Source: Crocosphaera subtropica ATCC 51142
GTDB taxonomy: Bacteria; Cyanobacteriota; Cyanobacteriia; Cyanobacteriales; Microcystaceae
Length of the DNA: 32,000 nt
Assembly: GCF_000017845.1 (NCBI RefSeq)
Contig: NC_010546.1
Span: forward strand, 2,340,001-2,372,000
Direction: 5' to 3'
The position numbers were made by a program, and so were the translations under genes. Shown one piece after another: positions 8,236 to 17,074 of this stretch. Under the pieces are notes generated by a model. That model was not told where the DNA came from. It ran no database searches and saw only the letters and a program-made list of their open reading frames with translations. Position 1 is the stretch's first letter, and every line of letters begins with the position of its first letter.

Positions 8236-10284
8236 TTAAACCACACTAAACACAATGACAAATCCCAATACTGCCCCAAAGATAATTAAGGCATAGAATT
8301 GGGCGCGACCATTTTCTAGGTATTTTAAACCTTCCCCACTCACTAACGTCGCTAAACCAGTCAAATTAACCGCCCCATCAATAACACGGTAATCCACTTC
8401 CATAATTTGACGGGCTAAACGGCGACATCCCATGATAAACACCTTGTGATAGATGTCATCGAAATACCACTTATTGAGGGAGAATTGATATAAAGCCGGA
8501 TATTTCTTAGCGATCGCCTTGGGATCAATTTTCTTCTGTAAATACATCAAGGATGCGATGGTAATACCAATTAAGGCAATACCAACAGAGTTCCCTGCCA
8601 TAATACCGAACTCAGTCCAATCGAAATGAGTTGCCTCTTCTATGACTTCTCCAGGGGCATAAATAAAGCTCTCAAAGGTATTATCCCAAGGTTTGCCCAA
8701 TAAACCGATAACTGTGGAAGGAATAGCTAAAATGAGCAAGGGTAAAGTCATGGTTAAAGGAGACTCGTGGGGAGAGTCGCTATGGCCATGATCATCGTGA
8801 CCATGATCCTCAGTATCATGATCTAATTCTTTGACATCCATCGCCCCAGGACCAAAAACAGGGGCAGCGGCCATCGATAACTCATTCCGAATGTCCATGT
8901 CATTGCCTCGGAAGTCTCCTTCAAAGGTCATAAAATACATCCGAAACATATAAAAAGCCGTTAACCCTGCGGTAAACCAACCCACCAACCATAAAGCAGG
9001 GTTGGCTTCAAAGGCTAAGCCTAAAATTTCGTCTTTTGACCAGAAACCAGCAAAAGGAGGAATTCCACAGATGGCTAAGGTTCCTACTAAAAAGGCTAGG
9101 GAAGTGAGGGGCATATATTTCCGTAATCCCCCCATTAAACGCATATCCTGGGCTAATACCGGGTCGTGGCCGACCACTCCCTCCATTCCGTGAATCACAG
9201 ACCCAGAACAGAGGAATAACATGGCTTTAAAGTAAGCATGGGTCATTAGGTGAAAGAGTCCGGCGGTATAAGCACCGATACCCATAGCCATCACCATATA
9301 ACCCAGTTGGGAAATCGTCGAATAAGCTAACCCCTTCTTGATATCGTTTTGGGTTAAGGCGATAGTGGCCCCTAAAAAGGAGGTAACGGCCCCGGTCCAA
9401 GCAATAATCGTCATAGCCGTGGGGATCGGCTCAAACACAGGGTACATCCGCGCCACCAAGAAGACTCCGGCTGCTACCATCGTCGCTGCGTGAATTAAAG
9501 CAGAAATGGGTGTGGGGCCTTCCATTGCATCCGGTAGCCAGACATGGAGGGGAAATTGTGCAGATTTGGCAACGGGTCCGAGGAACACTAAGACAGCAAA
9601 TAAGCCAGCTAATGCAGGGGCTATCATTCCGGAAGAAACTAAACTTTCTAAGCGTTCCCCCATGAGATCAAATTCAAAGGTTCCGGTAGCCCAGTAAATG
9701 CCTAACATTCCCAGGAGTAAGCCAAAGTCACCGACACGGTTGGTCACAAAGGCTTTTTGACAGGCATCGGCGGCTGCTTTGCGATCAAACCAAAAACCGA
9801 TGAGGAGATAGGAACACATCCCCACCAGTTCCCAGAAAATATATACCTGCACTAAGTTGGGACTGATCACTAATCCCAACATGGACGCACTAAAGATACT
9901 TAAATAAGCATAAAACCGCACATAACCTGGATCATGGGCCATGTAACCGTCGGTGTACACCATCACCAAAAAGGCTACCGTAGTGACGATAACGCACATT
10001 AAGGCACTCAAATGGTCTAGGGTATAACCCATTTGTAGATGAAAATTGCCGGCTGCAGCCCATTCGATCATGCGAGTATAGGTTTCATGACCTTGAATTT
10101 GACTCCACAACAGAGCAAAGGATAACACCATCGATGCCCCTAGCAAGGAGATGATGAACACTGCATTGGCTTGTCTGAGGCGGTTGGTCACTTGATTAAA
10201 GGAAATTAAGCCTAAGCCCACCACCATTGCCCCCAACAGGGGCAACACAGGGATAAGCCAGGCATATTGATAAAGGGGTTCCAT
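8236..10284 (-). CDS. ndhF: NAD(P)H-quinone oxidoreductase (NDH-1) subunit 5, NdhF1 type
   Basis: 682-aa NuoL/NdhF-type antiporter-like subunit with motifs AMEGPTPISALIHAATMV and PPFAGFWSKDEIL. The length fits NdhF1 rather than the shorter NdhF3/F4. Confidence 0.95.
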   Translation of the reverse strand: MEPLYQYAWLIPVLPLLGAMVVGLGLISFNQVTNRLRQANAVFIISLLGASMVLSFALLWSQIQGHETYTRMIEWAAAGNFHLQMGYTLDHLSALMCVIVTTVAFLVMVYTDGYMAHDPGYVRFYAYLSIFSASMLGLVISPNLVQVYIFWELVGMCSYLLIGFWFDRKAAADACQKAFVTNRVGDFGLLLGMLGIYWATGTFEFDLMGERLESLVSSGMIAPALAGLFAVLVFLGPVAKSAQFPLHVWLPDAMEGPTPISALIHAATMVAAGVFLVARMYPVFEPIPTAMTIIAWTGAVTSFLGATIALTQNDIKKGLAYSTISQLGYMVMAMGIGAYTAGLFHLMTHAYFKAMLFLCSGSVIHGMEGVVGHDPVLAQDMRLMGGLRKYMPLTSLAFLVGTLAICGIPPFAGFWSKDEILGLAFEANPALWLVGWFTAGLTAFYMFRMYFMTFEGDFRGNDMDIRNELSMAAAPVFGPGAMDVKELDHDTEDHGHDDHGHSDSPHESPLTMTLPLLILAIPSTVIGLLGKPWDNTFESFIYAPGEVIEEATHFDWTEFGIMAGNSVGIALIGITIASLMYLQKKIDPKAIAKKYPALYQFSLNKWYFDDIYHKVFIMGCRRLARQIMEVDYRVIDGAVNLTGLATLVSGEGLKYLENGRAQFYALIIFGAVLGFVIVFSVV

Positions 10285-10422
10285 AGGGTAATGCCTAAGT
10301 GATTTGTTCTCTACTTAGTTGATAACGCTAACTTTTTAGTTATAGACTTTTTTTAAGGAATTTTTCAATTCTACTTATTTCAGCCATTGTACAGGGTTTA
10401 GTCTCATAGAAAATGTTTCTTT

Positions 10423-10713
10423 TTAAATTGATAAAAATTCAATTCTGGGAAGTAAGGGATCTTTGACTAAGCCAATGCCTTGAAAATCCCATCGTTGCAA
10501 AATAGATTTTAATTGTTTTCCTGAAGTGGATTCTACAATAAAGCGATCGCTAACATCTGACCCATGAGTATTGAGATAACTTAGGGCTTCAAAATTTTCC
10601 TGAAATACTAATAAATAACTCATTGACACTTCATCTTCCCCTTTATTAATACGAGCAACTAAATATTTTCCATCTACTTTTGAACGAACAATATAATGAA
10701 TTTGTGAAAACAT
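10423..10713 (-). CDS. Small conserved hypothetical protein (possibly DUF3110-like)
   Basis: 96-aa ORF starting 6 nt after the upstream permease gene stop. The family assignment is from memory only. Confidence 0.55.
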   Translation of the reverse strand: MFSQIHYIVRSKVDGKYLVARINKGEDEVSMSYLLVFQENFEALSYLNTHGSDVSDRFIVESTSGKQLKSILQRWDFQGIGLVKDPLLPRIEFLSI

Positions 10714-10719
10714 TTTTTC

Positions 10720-11769
10720 TTATTTTAGATTTTCTAATTTAATGCGAGGATCGACCGCTTTTAGTAATAGGTCAGCTAATAAATTCCCCACGATTAACAT
10801 AGTAGCACCCATAGTTAAACTTCCCATAACTAAGTATAAATCTTGAGCGGTAACAGCTTGTAAAACCAGTCGTCCTAACCCGGGCCAATTAAAGAAAAAT
10901 TCGGCGATAAATGCTCCCCCTAATAAACTAGCAAATTCAAATCCTAATAAAGTAATTAAAGGGTTAACTGCATTGCGTAAAGCATGAATATAAATAACTT
11001 TATCTTCTGGCAGACCTTTTGCCCTGGCAGTTTGGATATAATCTTGTCTCATTACGTCTAACATTTGCCCTCGCATCAACCGCATTAACCCGGCAAAACT
11101 GGTAATACTTAAGGCAATGGTGGGTAAGATCATATGCCAGCCAATATCTAATATTTTTCCCACGGGAGATAATTCTGCATGATTTAAACTGGTCATATTT
11201 CCCACGGGTAATAAGGGGGATAAATATTGCGCTAAAATCAATAACACTAAGGCTGTGATAAAACTCGGAAATCCTTGTCCTAGATAACTAATCACCCTTA
11301 AAATTTTATCCGTCCAACTACTTTGTTTGACTGCACTTAAAATACCTAAGGGAATGGCAATTAACCAAGTGAGAATAATAGAAGAAACCGCTAACAGTAA
11401 GGTGGCTGGTATTCTTTCAGCCAGTAAAGAAGCAACAGAGCGATTATACACAAAGCTGGTGCCAAAATCTAATTCAGTCACCACCTGTACCAACCACCGC
11501 CAATATTGAACATACCAAGGTTGATCTAACCCAAATTGTTCCGTTAACTGTTTGATAGTTTCTTCTGCAATTTTAGGATTTTGCTTGAGGGTATCTAAGT
11601 AATTTCCTGGGGCAATTTGAATAATAATAAAACTCAGAATGGATGCTAATAAGATAGTCAACAATCCTTGTAAAACTCGTTTAATAATATATAAAATTGT
11701 TTCAGCATCAAAGAAATTTATTAGTTTATTGAAAGGTTGATTGATTTGAGTCGATTTTGCATTAGTCAT
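10720..11769 (-). CDS. ABC transporter permease, DppB/OppB (peptide/nickel) family
   Basis: 349-aa ORF with about 6 TM segments and the EAA-loop signature IQTARAKGLPEDKVIYIHALRNAVNPLIT. No ATPase or substrate-binding partner is in the window. Confidence 0.85.
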   Translation of the reverse strand: MTNAKSTQINQPFNKLINFFDAETILYIIKRVLQGLLTILLASILSFIIIQIAPGNYLDTLKQNPKIAEETIKQLTEQFGLDQPWYVQYWRWLVQVVTELDFGTSFVYNRSVASLLAERIPATLLLAVSSIILTWLIAIPLGILSAVKQSSWTDKILRVISYLGQGFPSFITALVLLILAQYLSPLLPVGNMTSLNHAELSPVGKILDIGWHMILPTIALSITSFAGLMRLMRGQMLDVMRQDYIQTARAKGLPEDKVIYIHALRNAVNPLITLLGFEFASLLGGAFIAEFFFNWPGLGRLVLQAVTAQDLYLVMGSLTMGATMLIVGNLLADLLLKAVDPRIKLENLK

Positions 11770-11810
11770 GGTCTTAATAAATTTGATTTTTTAGATATTC
11801 ACTATTAATT

Positions 11811-12329
11811 TTAATAATCGACTAAACTAATAATAGGAAGATTAGGGAGTTTTTTACGACCTTCTAAGGCTTTTAATTCGATAATAAAAGCAAATCCTAA
11901 CACATTACAACCAATTTTTTCTAATAAGTCTGCTGTTGCTTTTGCTGTTCCTCCGGTTGCCATTAAATCGTCTACAATTAAAACATTATGATGGTTATTT
12001 AAGGCATCTTGATGGATTTCTAAACTATCGGTTCCGTATTCTAATTCATATTCTACCTGGTGTACGGCTGCCGGCAATTTACCTGGTTTTCTCACAGGAA
12101 CAAACCCCGCATTTAATTGATAGGCTAAAGGAACCCCAAACAAGAATCCACGGGATTCCATGCCGACGATATAATCAGGAGATAAATTAGCTGCTTTACA
12201 TTTTTCTGTTAAGGTATCAATTGTGTAGCGTAACCCCTCTGCATCACTCAGTAAAGTTGTAATATCTCGAAAGACAATACCAGGTTTAGGGAAGTTAGGA
12301 ATATCACGAATTAATCCTTTAAGATCCAT
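11811..12329 (-). CDS. apt: Adenine phosphoribosyltransferase
   Basis: 172 aa with [18 protein letters not shown] and the PRPP-binding motif [15 protein letters not shown] Shine-Dalgarno aaggaga lies upstream of the ATG. Confidence 0.95.
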   Translation of the reverse strand: MDLKGLIRDIPNFPKPGIVFRDITTLLSDAEGLRYTIDTLTEKCKAANLSPDYIVGMESRGFLFGVPLAYQLNAGFVPVRKPGKLPAAVHQVEYELEYGTDSLEIHQDALNNHHNVLIVDDLMATGGTAKATADLLEKIGCNVLGFAFIIELKALEGRKKLPNLPIISLVDY

Positions 12330-12440
12330 TTATTCTCCTTCTTAAAATTTCTCTATTGATTATATAGCAGTTCCTATACTGGTGAGGTAGAAAGGTTATT
12401 GCTTTGAGGCAGGAGTTAGATTCCTCTATTTTTCACTCAA

Positions 12441-12468
12441 TTGACAATTGCTGTGAAACACCTATTGT
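12441..12468 (+). promoter_or_regulatory. Sigma-70-like promoter candidate (TTGACA-N16-TATTGT) facing a GC-rich hairpin
   Basis: TTGACA at 12441-12446 and TATTGT at 12463-12468. The predicted start near 12475 is followed by the hairpin at 12490-12514. Confidence 0.3.
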
Positions 12469-12610
12469 CTCGTCTGCTTGGTGCGCTTTCCAACCGCCGT
12501 GGAACGACGGTTGGGTCCCATCCGCATTTCTAACCCCGAACTCAGGTTATTTATCCTATGGGTTAATGCTTAATTGAGGAGGAACTTGATTTTATCTCTA
12601 ATCATGATGA

Positions 12611-12952
12611 TTACATATTAGAGTTTAGGGGTGATTCGCTTAAGGGGTTGTTGTTGGAGTCGATAGAAGCATCGACACTATTGAGGGACCAATGATACTC
12701 CACGGGAATATGAGTTTGAGTGCAAATGGCTTCGAGTTGTTTTTGCTGCGCTCTGGCCTTGCGTAGAGTAACTATTAGTTGCTGTACGTGTTTTTCTAGG
12801 TTAGGTTCTTCATAAGTCATAGCTAAGGTTTTACGTTCTAGCAATTGTAGGAGTAATTCGTAATGAACAAGGGAAGGAAGAGGAAGAGATTTCATCAGAA
12901 TTATTGGTAATAGAATAATTAACAAACTAAACTTGGGGCTTATTTCTACCAT
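12611..12952 (-). CDS. Hypothetical protein (weak ORF; real start may be an internal Met)
   Basis: 113-aa ORF with no recognisable motif. It is the only ORF in a 1.15-kb AT-rich gap. Confidence 0.3.
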   Translation of the reverse strand: MVEISPKFSLLIILLPIILMKSLPLPSLVHYELLLQLLERKTLAMTYEEPNLEKHVQQLIVTLRKARAQQKQLEAICTQTHIPVEYHWSLNSVDASIDSNNNPLSESPLNSNM

Positions 12953-13190
12953 AAACCATCAAAGGCGACGAAAAGCTAAAATTTATCTCTAGCTTGATTG
13001 TTTCATGGGAGATTCATGGAAACATGATGATTAAAGTTTATCAATTGTTCCATCTAATTATTTTCTGACTCGGCTTAAAAAGAACAATTCATTAATTCAT
13101 TTTAACCAAACTTTGGCTTTATGGAAAATTTTGTGATCCACAGTTATCTTAGGTATTTAGAGTAAAAAAAGTTGATTTTATCGATGGAAA

Positions 13191-13210
13191 ATTGACAATT
13201 GACAATTGAT
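13191..13210. repeat. Heptamer repeat ATTGACA ATTGACA ATTGAT
   Basis: Read directly. The same ttgacaattg string recurs at 12441-12450. Confidence 0.5.
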
Positions 13211-13271
13211 TAATTTGGTTTAACATTTTCTATGATGCCAGTTTCCTGAATTTTTGGCTGAAGATAGATAA

Positions 13272-13374
13272 TCGGACATAAATAAATAACCTCTATAAAT
13301 GTTTGTCAACGAAGCTTTAACCCTACTCCTACCCCCTGCCTCATCTCAACTGTAACGTTTATTTTTGTCTAGGT
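13272..13374 (+). repeat. ~105-nt TIR-bearing small repeat (MITE-like), copy A
   Basis: Starts tcggacataaata and ends ctgtaacgtttatttttgtctaggt. Its own ends are inverted repeats (GGACATAAATAAA vs AGACAAAAATAAA). It matches the inverted copy at 14162-14270. Confidence 0.6.
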
Positions 13375-13480
13375 ATTTAGAACAGCGATCGCATTTTTTG
13401 CCAGGACATAGATAACTGCAATTACCCTAACATCAAGTTATCATTGTCTTAGTTGGCAAATCTACAAACATGACCATAAC

Positions 13481-14146
13481 ATGGGGACTTATTTAATCAC
13501 AGGAGCTAATCGAGGTATCGGTTTAGAATATTGCCGTCAACTAAAACAGCGAGGGGATGAGGTCATTGCTGTATGTCGCTCAGTTTCAGAGGAATTGAAA
13601 AAGCTAGAGGTATCCATCGAAACAGGGGTTGATATTACTTCAGATGCAGATATTATCAGCTTAACCAAAAGACTCGAAGGCCAATCTCTCGATGTTTTAA
13701 TCAATAACGCTGGTATTTTAGAAAGAGTCAGCTTGGATCATTTAGATATAGAAAGTATTCGTCAGCAGTTTGAAGTCAATGCTCTTGGAACCTTGAGACT
13801 TACTCGTGCTTTACTGCCGAATTTGAAAGCTGGTTCTAAAATTATTTTGATGACCAGTCGTATGGGTTCCATTGAGGATAATACCTCTGGGGGGTCTTAT
13901 GGGTATCGAATGTCAAAAGTAGCTTTATCGATGGCAGGTAAGTCCTTATCAATCGATTTAAAACCTCAAAAGATTGCCGTGGCTATTTTGCATCCTGGGT
14001 TAGTCAAAACTTCCATGACCCATTTTAATCCCAATGGGATCACTCCAGAACAATCAGTGAAAGGACTCATTGCTCGTATCGATCAATTAAATCTAGACAA
14101 TACTGGAACCTTTTGGCATTCTAATGGTGAAATCTTACCTTGGTAA
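13481..14146 (+). CDS. Short-chain dehydrogenase/reductase (SDR) family oxidoreductase
   Basis: 221 aa with the cofactor motif TGANRGIG, NNAG and the catalytic YxxxK (YRMSK). Confidence 0.9.
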   Translation: MGTYLITGANRGIGLEYCRQLKQRGDEVIAVCRSVSEELKKLEVSIETGVDITSDADIISLTKRLEGQSLDVLINNAGILERVSLDHLDIESIRQQFEVNALGTLRLTRALLPNLKAGSKIILMTSRMGSIEDNTSGGSYGYRMSKVALSMAGKSLSIDLKPQKIAVAILHPGLVKTSMTHFNPNGITPEQSVKGLIARIDQLNLDNTGTFWHSNGEILPW

Positions 14147-14161
14147 CCAGTTCAATTAAGC

Positions 14162-14270
14162 ACCTGGACAAAAATAAACGTTACTGTGAAGTGAGCGGGG
14201 AGAAGGAAGCAGGGAAAGGGGTTACGACTTATTTACCTTGCTTAAGACAGTTAACTATATTTATGTCCGA
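14162..14270 (-). repeat. ~105-nt TIR-bearing small repeat (MITE-like), copy B, inverted relative to copy A
   Basis: The reverse complement reads tcggacataaata...cagtaacgtttatttttgtccaggt. That is 13/13 identity with copy A at the outer end and 23/25 at the inner end. Confidence 0.6.
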
Positions 14271-14294
14271 CTACTTAGACATAGGCAAACAATA

Positions 14295-14960
14295 ATGAAG
14301 TATCGTGCGATCGCTACTGACTATGACGGAACCCTCGCTACTGATGGAACAGTCTCAGAAGCAACCAGACGGGCTTTGAATCGTTACCGAAATGCCGGTG
14401 GTCGGCTATTATTGGTAACGGGACGGGAGTTGTCAGATTTAAAAAATGTCTTTCCTGATGTTGCTCTGTTTGATGGGGTTGTGGCTGAAAATGGGGCAGT
14501 TTTTTGGCAACCGACTTCTGAAGAGGTGCAGTTGTTAGCAACCCCTTTGCCTAAAGAATTTGTGTCATCTCTCATTGAGCAACAAGTTAGTCCTATTAGT
14601 CAAGGTCAGGTCTTAGTAGCCACTTGGCAACCTCACTTTGATGTTGTCAAACAAACCATTGAAACAATGGACTTGGAGGCTGAAATTATTTTAAACAAGC
14701 AAGCCGTGATGATCCTTCCCTCTGGAGTCAACAAAACAACAGGACTGCAAGTGGCTTTGGCTCAATTGCAACTTTGTGCTGAGGAAGTCGCAGCGATTGG
14801 AGATGCTGAAAATGATCGCGAGCTTTTGCTGTATTGTGGATTAGGCGTGGCCGTAGAAAATGCTTTACCAGAATTGAAAGCGATCGCAGATCGTCAGACT
14901 CAAGCTCCCAGAGGAGAGGGGGTTCAAGAACTGGTGGAGTGGTGTTTAACGACTTTTTAA
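14295..14960 (+). CDS. HAD-superfamily hydrolase, subfamily IIB (Cof/phosphatase-like)
   Basis: Motif I DYDGTL lies right after MKYRAIAT, and motif IV is GDAENDRELL. I prefer ATG 14295 to the TTG 14238 in the track, because the extension runs through repeat copy B. Confidence 0.85.
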   Translation: MKYRAIATDYDGTLATDGTVSEATRRALNRYRNAGGRLLLVTGRELSDLKNVFPDVALFDGVVAENGAVFWQPTSEEVQLLATPLPKEFVSSLIEQQVSPISQGQVLVATWQPHFDVVKQTIETMDLEAEIILNKQAVMILPSGVNKTTGLQVALAQLQLCAEEVAAIGDAENDRELLLYCGLGVAVENALPELKAIADRQTQAPRGEGVQELVEWCLTTF

Positions 14961-14979
14961 ATAATCATTTCTCACTCTT

Positions 14980-15732
14980 TTACTTAACTTTTGTAAGTCC
15001 TCCAAAGCGACGATTTCGTTGTTGATAATGTGACAAAGCATCATAAAATTGGGCTGTTTTAAAATCAGGCCACAAAACCTCTGTAAAATAAATTTCTGTA
15101 TAAGCCATCTGCCATAATAAATAATTACTAAGACGCATTTCACCACTGGTGCGAATGAGTAAATCTGGGTCTTTTGCTCCAGAAGTATAGAGATATTGTT
15201 TAAAAACAGCTTCATCAATGGTTTCTAAAGTTAAATTGCCTTGATTAACCTGTTGTACAATTTGACGACAAGCATTAACAATTTCTTGACGACCTCCATA
15301 ATTTATGGCTACCCTAAAATGAATGGTTTGATTATTAATTGTTTTTTCCATAGAATGGTGAATGATCTCTTGTAAAGACTTGGGTAAAATAGACAGATCA
15401 CCAATAAAAGAAATTCGTACATTTTGCTCATGTAGTTGTTCTAGTTCTTGGATTAATAATTGCTCAAATAGCAACATTAAAAAGTCAATTTCTTCTAAAG
15501 GTCGTCGCCAGTTTTCAGTGGAAAAAGCGTAAGCTGTTAATTCTTTGATTCCTAAACGATGACAACAACGAAGCAATTTTTTAAGGGTTTTAGCCCCTTG
15601 ACGATGACCTGCAACACGGGGTAAACCTTTTTCCATAGCCCAACGACCATTTCCGTCCATAATAACCGCAACGTGCTGAGGAAGAACATCAAAATCGAAA
15701 CGATTGACAATTTGTGAAGATAGAGAAAACAT
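14980..15732 (-). CDS. uppS: Di-trans,poly-cis-undecaprenyl-diphosphate synthase
   Basis: 250 aa with the motifs [13 protein letters not shown] and FSTENWRRP. Confidence 0.95.
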   Translation of the reverse strand: MFSLSSQIVNRFDFDVLPQHVAVIMDGNGRWAMEKGLPRVAGHRQGAKTLKKLLRCCHRLGIKELTAYAFSTENWRRPLEEIDFLMLLFEQLLIQELEQLHEQNVRISFIGDLSILPKSLQEIIHHSMEKTINNQTIHFRVAINYGGRQEIVNACRQIVQQVNQGNLTLETIDEAVFKQYLYTSGAKDPDLLIRTSGEMRLSNYLLWQMAYTEIYFTEVLWPDFKTAQFYDALSHYQQRNRRFGGLTKVK

Positions 15733-15850
15733 GATTATTTTTTTTAATGAATAACAATGATATGTAGATAGCTAGTCTATTTGAATCGTGAACGTACTTT
15801 TTGAGAGGAGGGAACAGAAAATTTTCACAACTCATTTAAACTGGCTATAA

Positions 15851-16843
15851 CTATTTGTCTAAATAACTTTCATTAAAAACATCTTTTGATAAAGGTTTTC
15901 CTAGTAAACTTTCTAAGTAAGCAGGGGTTAATTGATTTGTCCAACCCCAAAGACGATAAAAAATATAAGTACAAGTAAACATAAAAGAAAGTCGATTCTG
16001 CCAAGACCATGTTGACCAAGATAGAACCTCTGTCATTCGATTTAAGGTTCCCATTAAACTACTTTGTTGAGGATCATAAGATAGTTTTCCTTTCATGGAT
16101 TTTAAAATCGTTTCTCCAATTTTTAAGAAATTTGATTCAGGAAATGCCCAGATTCCAAACCCTAAAAATTTGGTCATATGATTAATTTCATCAATCACTA
16201 ATTCTTCTAAAATAGCTCGTAATTCTCCTGTGGTGTGTACCATTAACCAAAGGTATAAACAAGTGGCTCCGTATTCAGTAGCAACACGATGGAAACCATG
16301 ATGATAAAGACCATGATAGGAATCTAAAAAAGGTTGATAATGCCTGGCTTTGTGAGGGTTGGGTTTAACTTTTTCACCTGTTAATTGAGTGTATACTTTC
16401 ATTAAAACAGGGGTATGTCTTTGTTCTTCTTTTTCCCACAAACCAAGTTCTATTAATTGACCATTTTTAGCAATTTTTCCGCCAACAAATTTCGCTAACT
16501 GAGGATACCAAGGCTCTAAATATTGTCGACTGGTTTGAGTATAGTGCCGAATCGGAGCTTCTGTATTGATACTACCAATTAAAATAGCAATAAAAACCTC
16601 TAAATCAATTCCCAAAATTTGTCTAGAGTTGATGTTTTCTAAATTAATGGGTTTCCAAGGGCGAGGTTTCGGGGTTTTAAATTGTATCGGTAAATCTTCA
16701 AGACGTTTTGTTAAGTATTCTGGGGTAATATATTGATTAATAGAGCATTTTAATTGATGATAAATTCTATAATTATTAAAAGCAGAGGGGAGTGTTCTAG
16801 TTGACTTTAATGTGTTCATAGTAGTAATTATCAACAGTTTCAT
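15851..16843 (-). CDS. Ferritin-like di-iron carboxylate protein (acyl-ACP desaturase/oxygenase-like fold), function unknown
   Basis: 330 aa with two E...ExxH half-sites: INTEAP...WEKEEQRH and RVATEYG...VIDEINH. The start may be Met9 (16819). Confidence 0.7.
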   Translation of the reverse strand: MKLLIITTMNTLKSTRTLPSAFNNYRIYHQLKCSINQYITPEYLTKRLEDLPIQFKTPKPRPWKPINLENINSRQILGIDLEVFIAILIGSINTEAPIRHYTQTSRQYLEPWYPQLAKFVGGKIAKNGQLIELGLWEKEEQRHTPVLMKVYTQLTGEKVKPNPHKARHYQPFLDSYHGLYHHGFHRVATEYGATCLYLWLMVHTTGELRAILEELVIDEINHMTKFLGFGIWAFPESNFLKIGETILKSMKGKLSYDPQQSSLMGTLNRMTEVLSWSTWSWQNRLSFMFTCTYIFYRLWGWTNQLTPAYLESLLGKPLSKDVFNESYLDK

Positions 16844-17074
16844 ATCGATTTCATGGTTAATAGCTTAAATAAAACTTGATATTTTTGTCAGTCGGTTACA
16901 GTAGGGAATTGCAAAGTCTGAACAAGTCGGAAAAGTCGGATTTTAAATTATGTGTCGAAATTTATCGAAAAAATATAGGATAAATATTGGCATTTAGTTA
17001 ATTGCTTGAATAAAATTAAATGAATTACTATCTTTAATTTTTTAAATTAATAGTCTTAGAATCCAACTATTTTT

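Noticed and set aside
9002-9697. Two 63-aa plus-strand ORFs inside ndhF
   Set aside because: They are antisense to a strongly supported, motif-rich gene. Their composition is Lys/Pro/Gly-rich, as expected from reading a membrane-protein gene backwards.
12470-12545. Hairpin with a tGGAA loop, considered as SRP (4.5S) RNA or another known RNA gene
   Set aside because: The conserved SRP helix-8 flanks (GGUCC...GGAAGCAGCC with AGCA) are absent on either strand. It is kept only as an unclassified sRNA candidate.
12603-13033. 11-nt direct repeat catgatgatta at 12603-12613 and 13023-13033 flanking the weak 113-aa ORF; considered as a target-site duplication
   Set aside because: There are no terminal inverted repeats inside the duplication and no transposase. 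An AT-rich 11-mer match at this distance has a non-negligible chance probability (a few percent by rough estimate).
14238-14294. TTG-initiated 19-codon extension of the HAD hydrolase
   Set aside because: The extension reads through repeat copy B (14162-14270). Motif I DYDGTL follows directly after the ATG at 14295.
14338-15218. Several 63-90-aa ORFs overlapping the HAD hydrolase and uppS genes (14338-14541, 14384-14575, 14834-15025, 14946-15218)
   Set aside because: All overlap genes with diagnostic motifs in another frame or strand. None has a recognisable motif.
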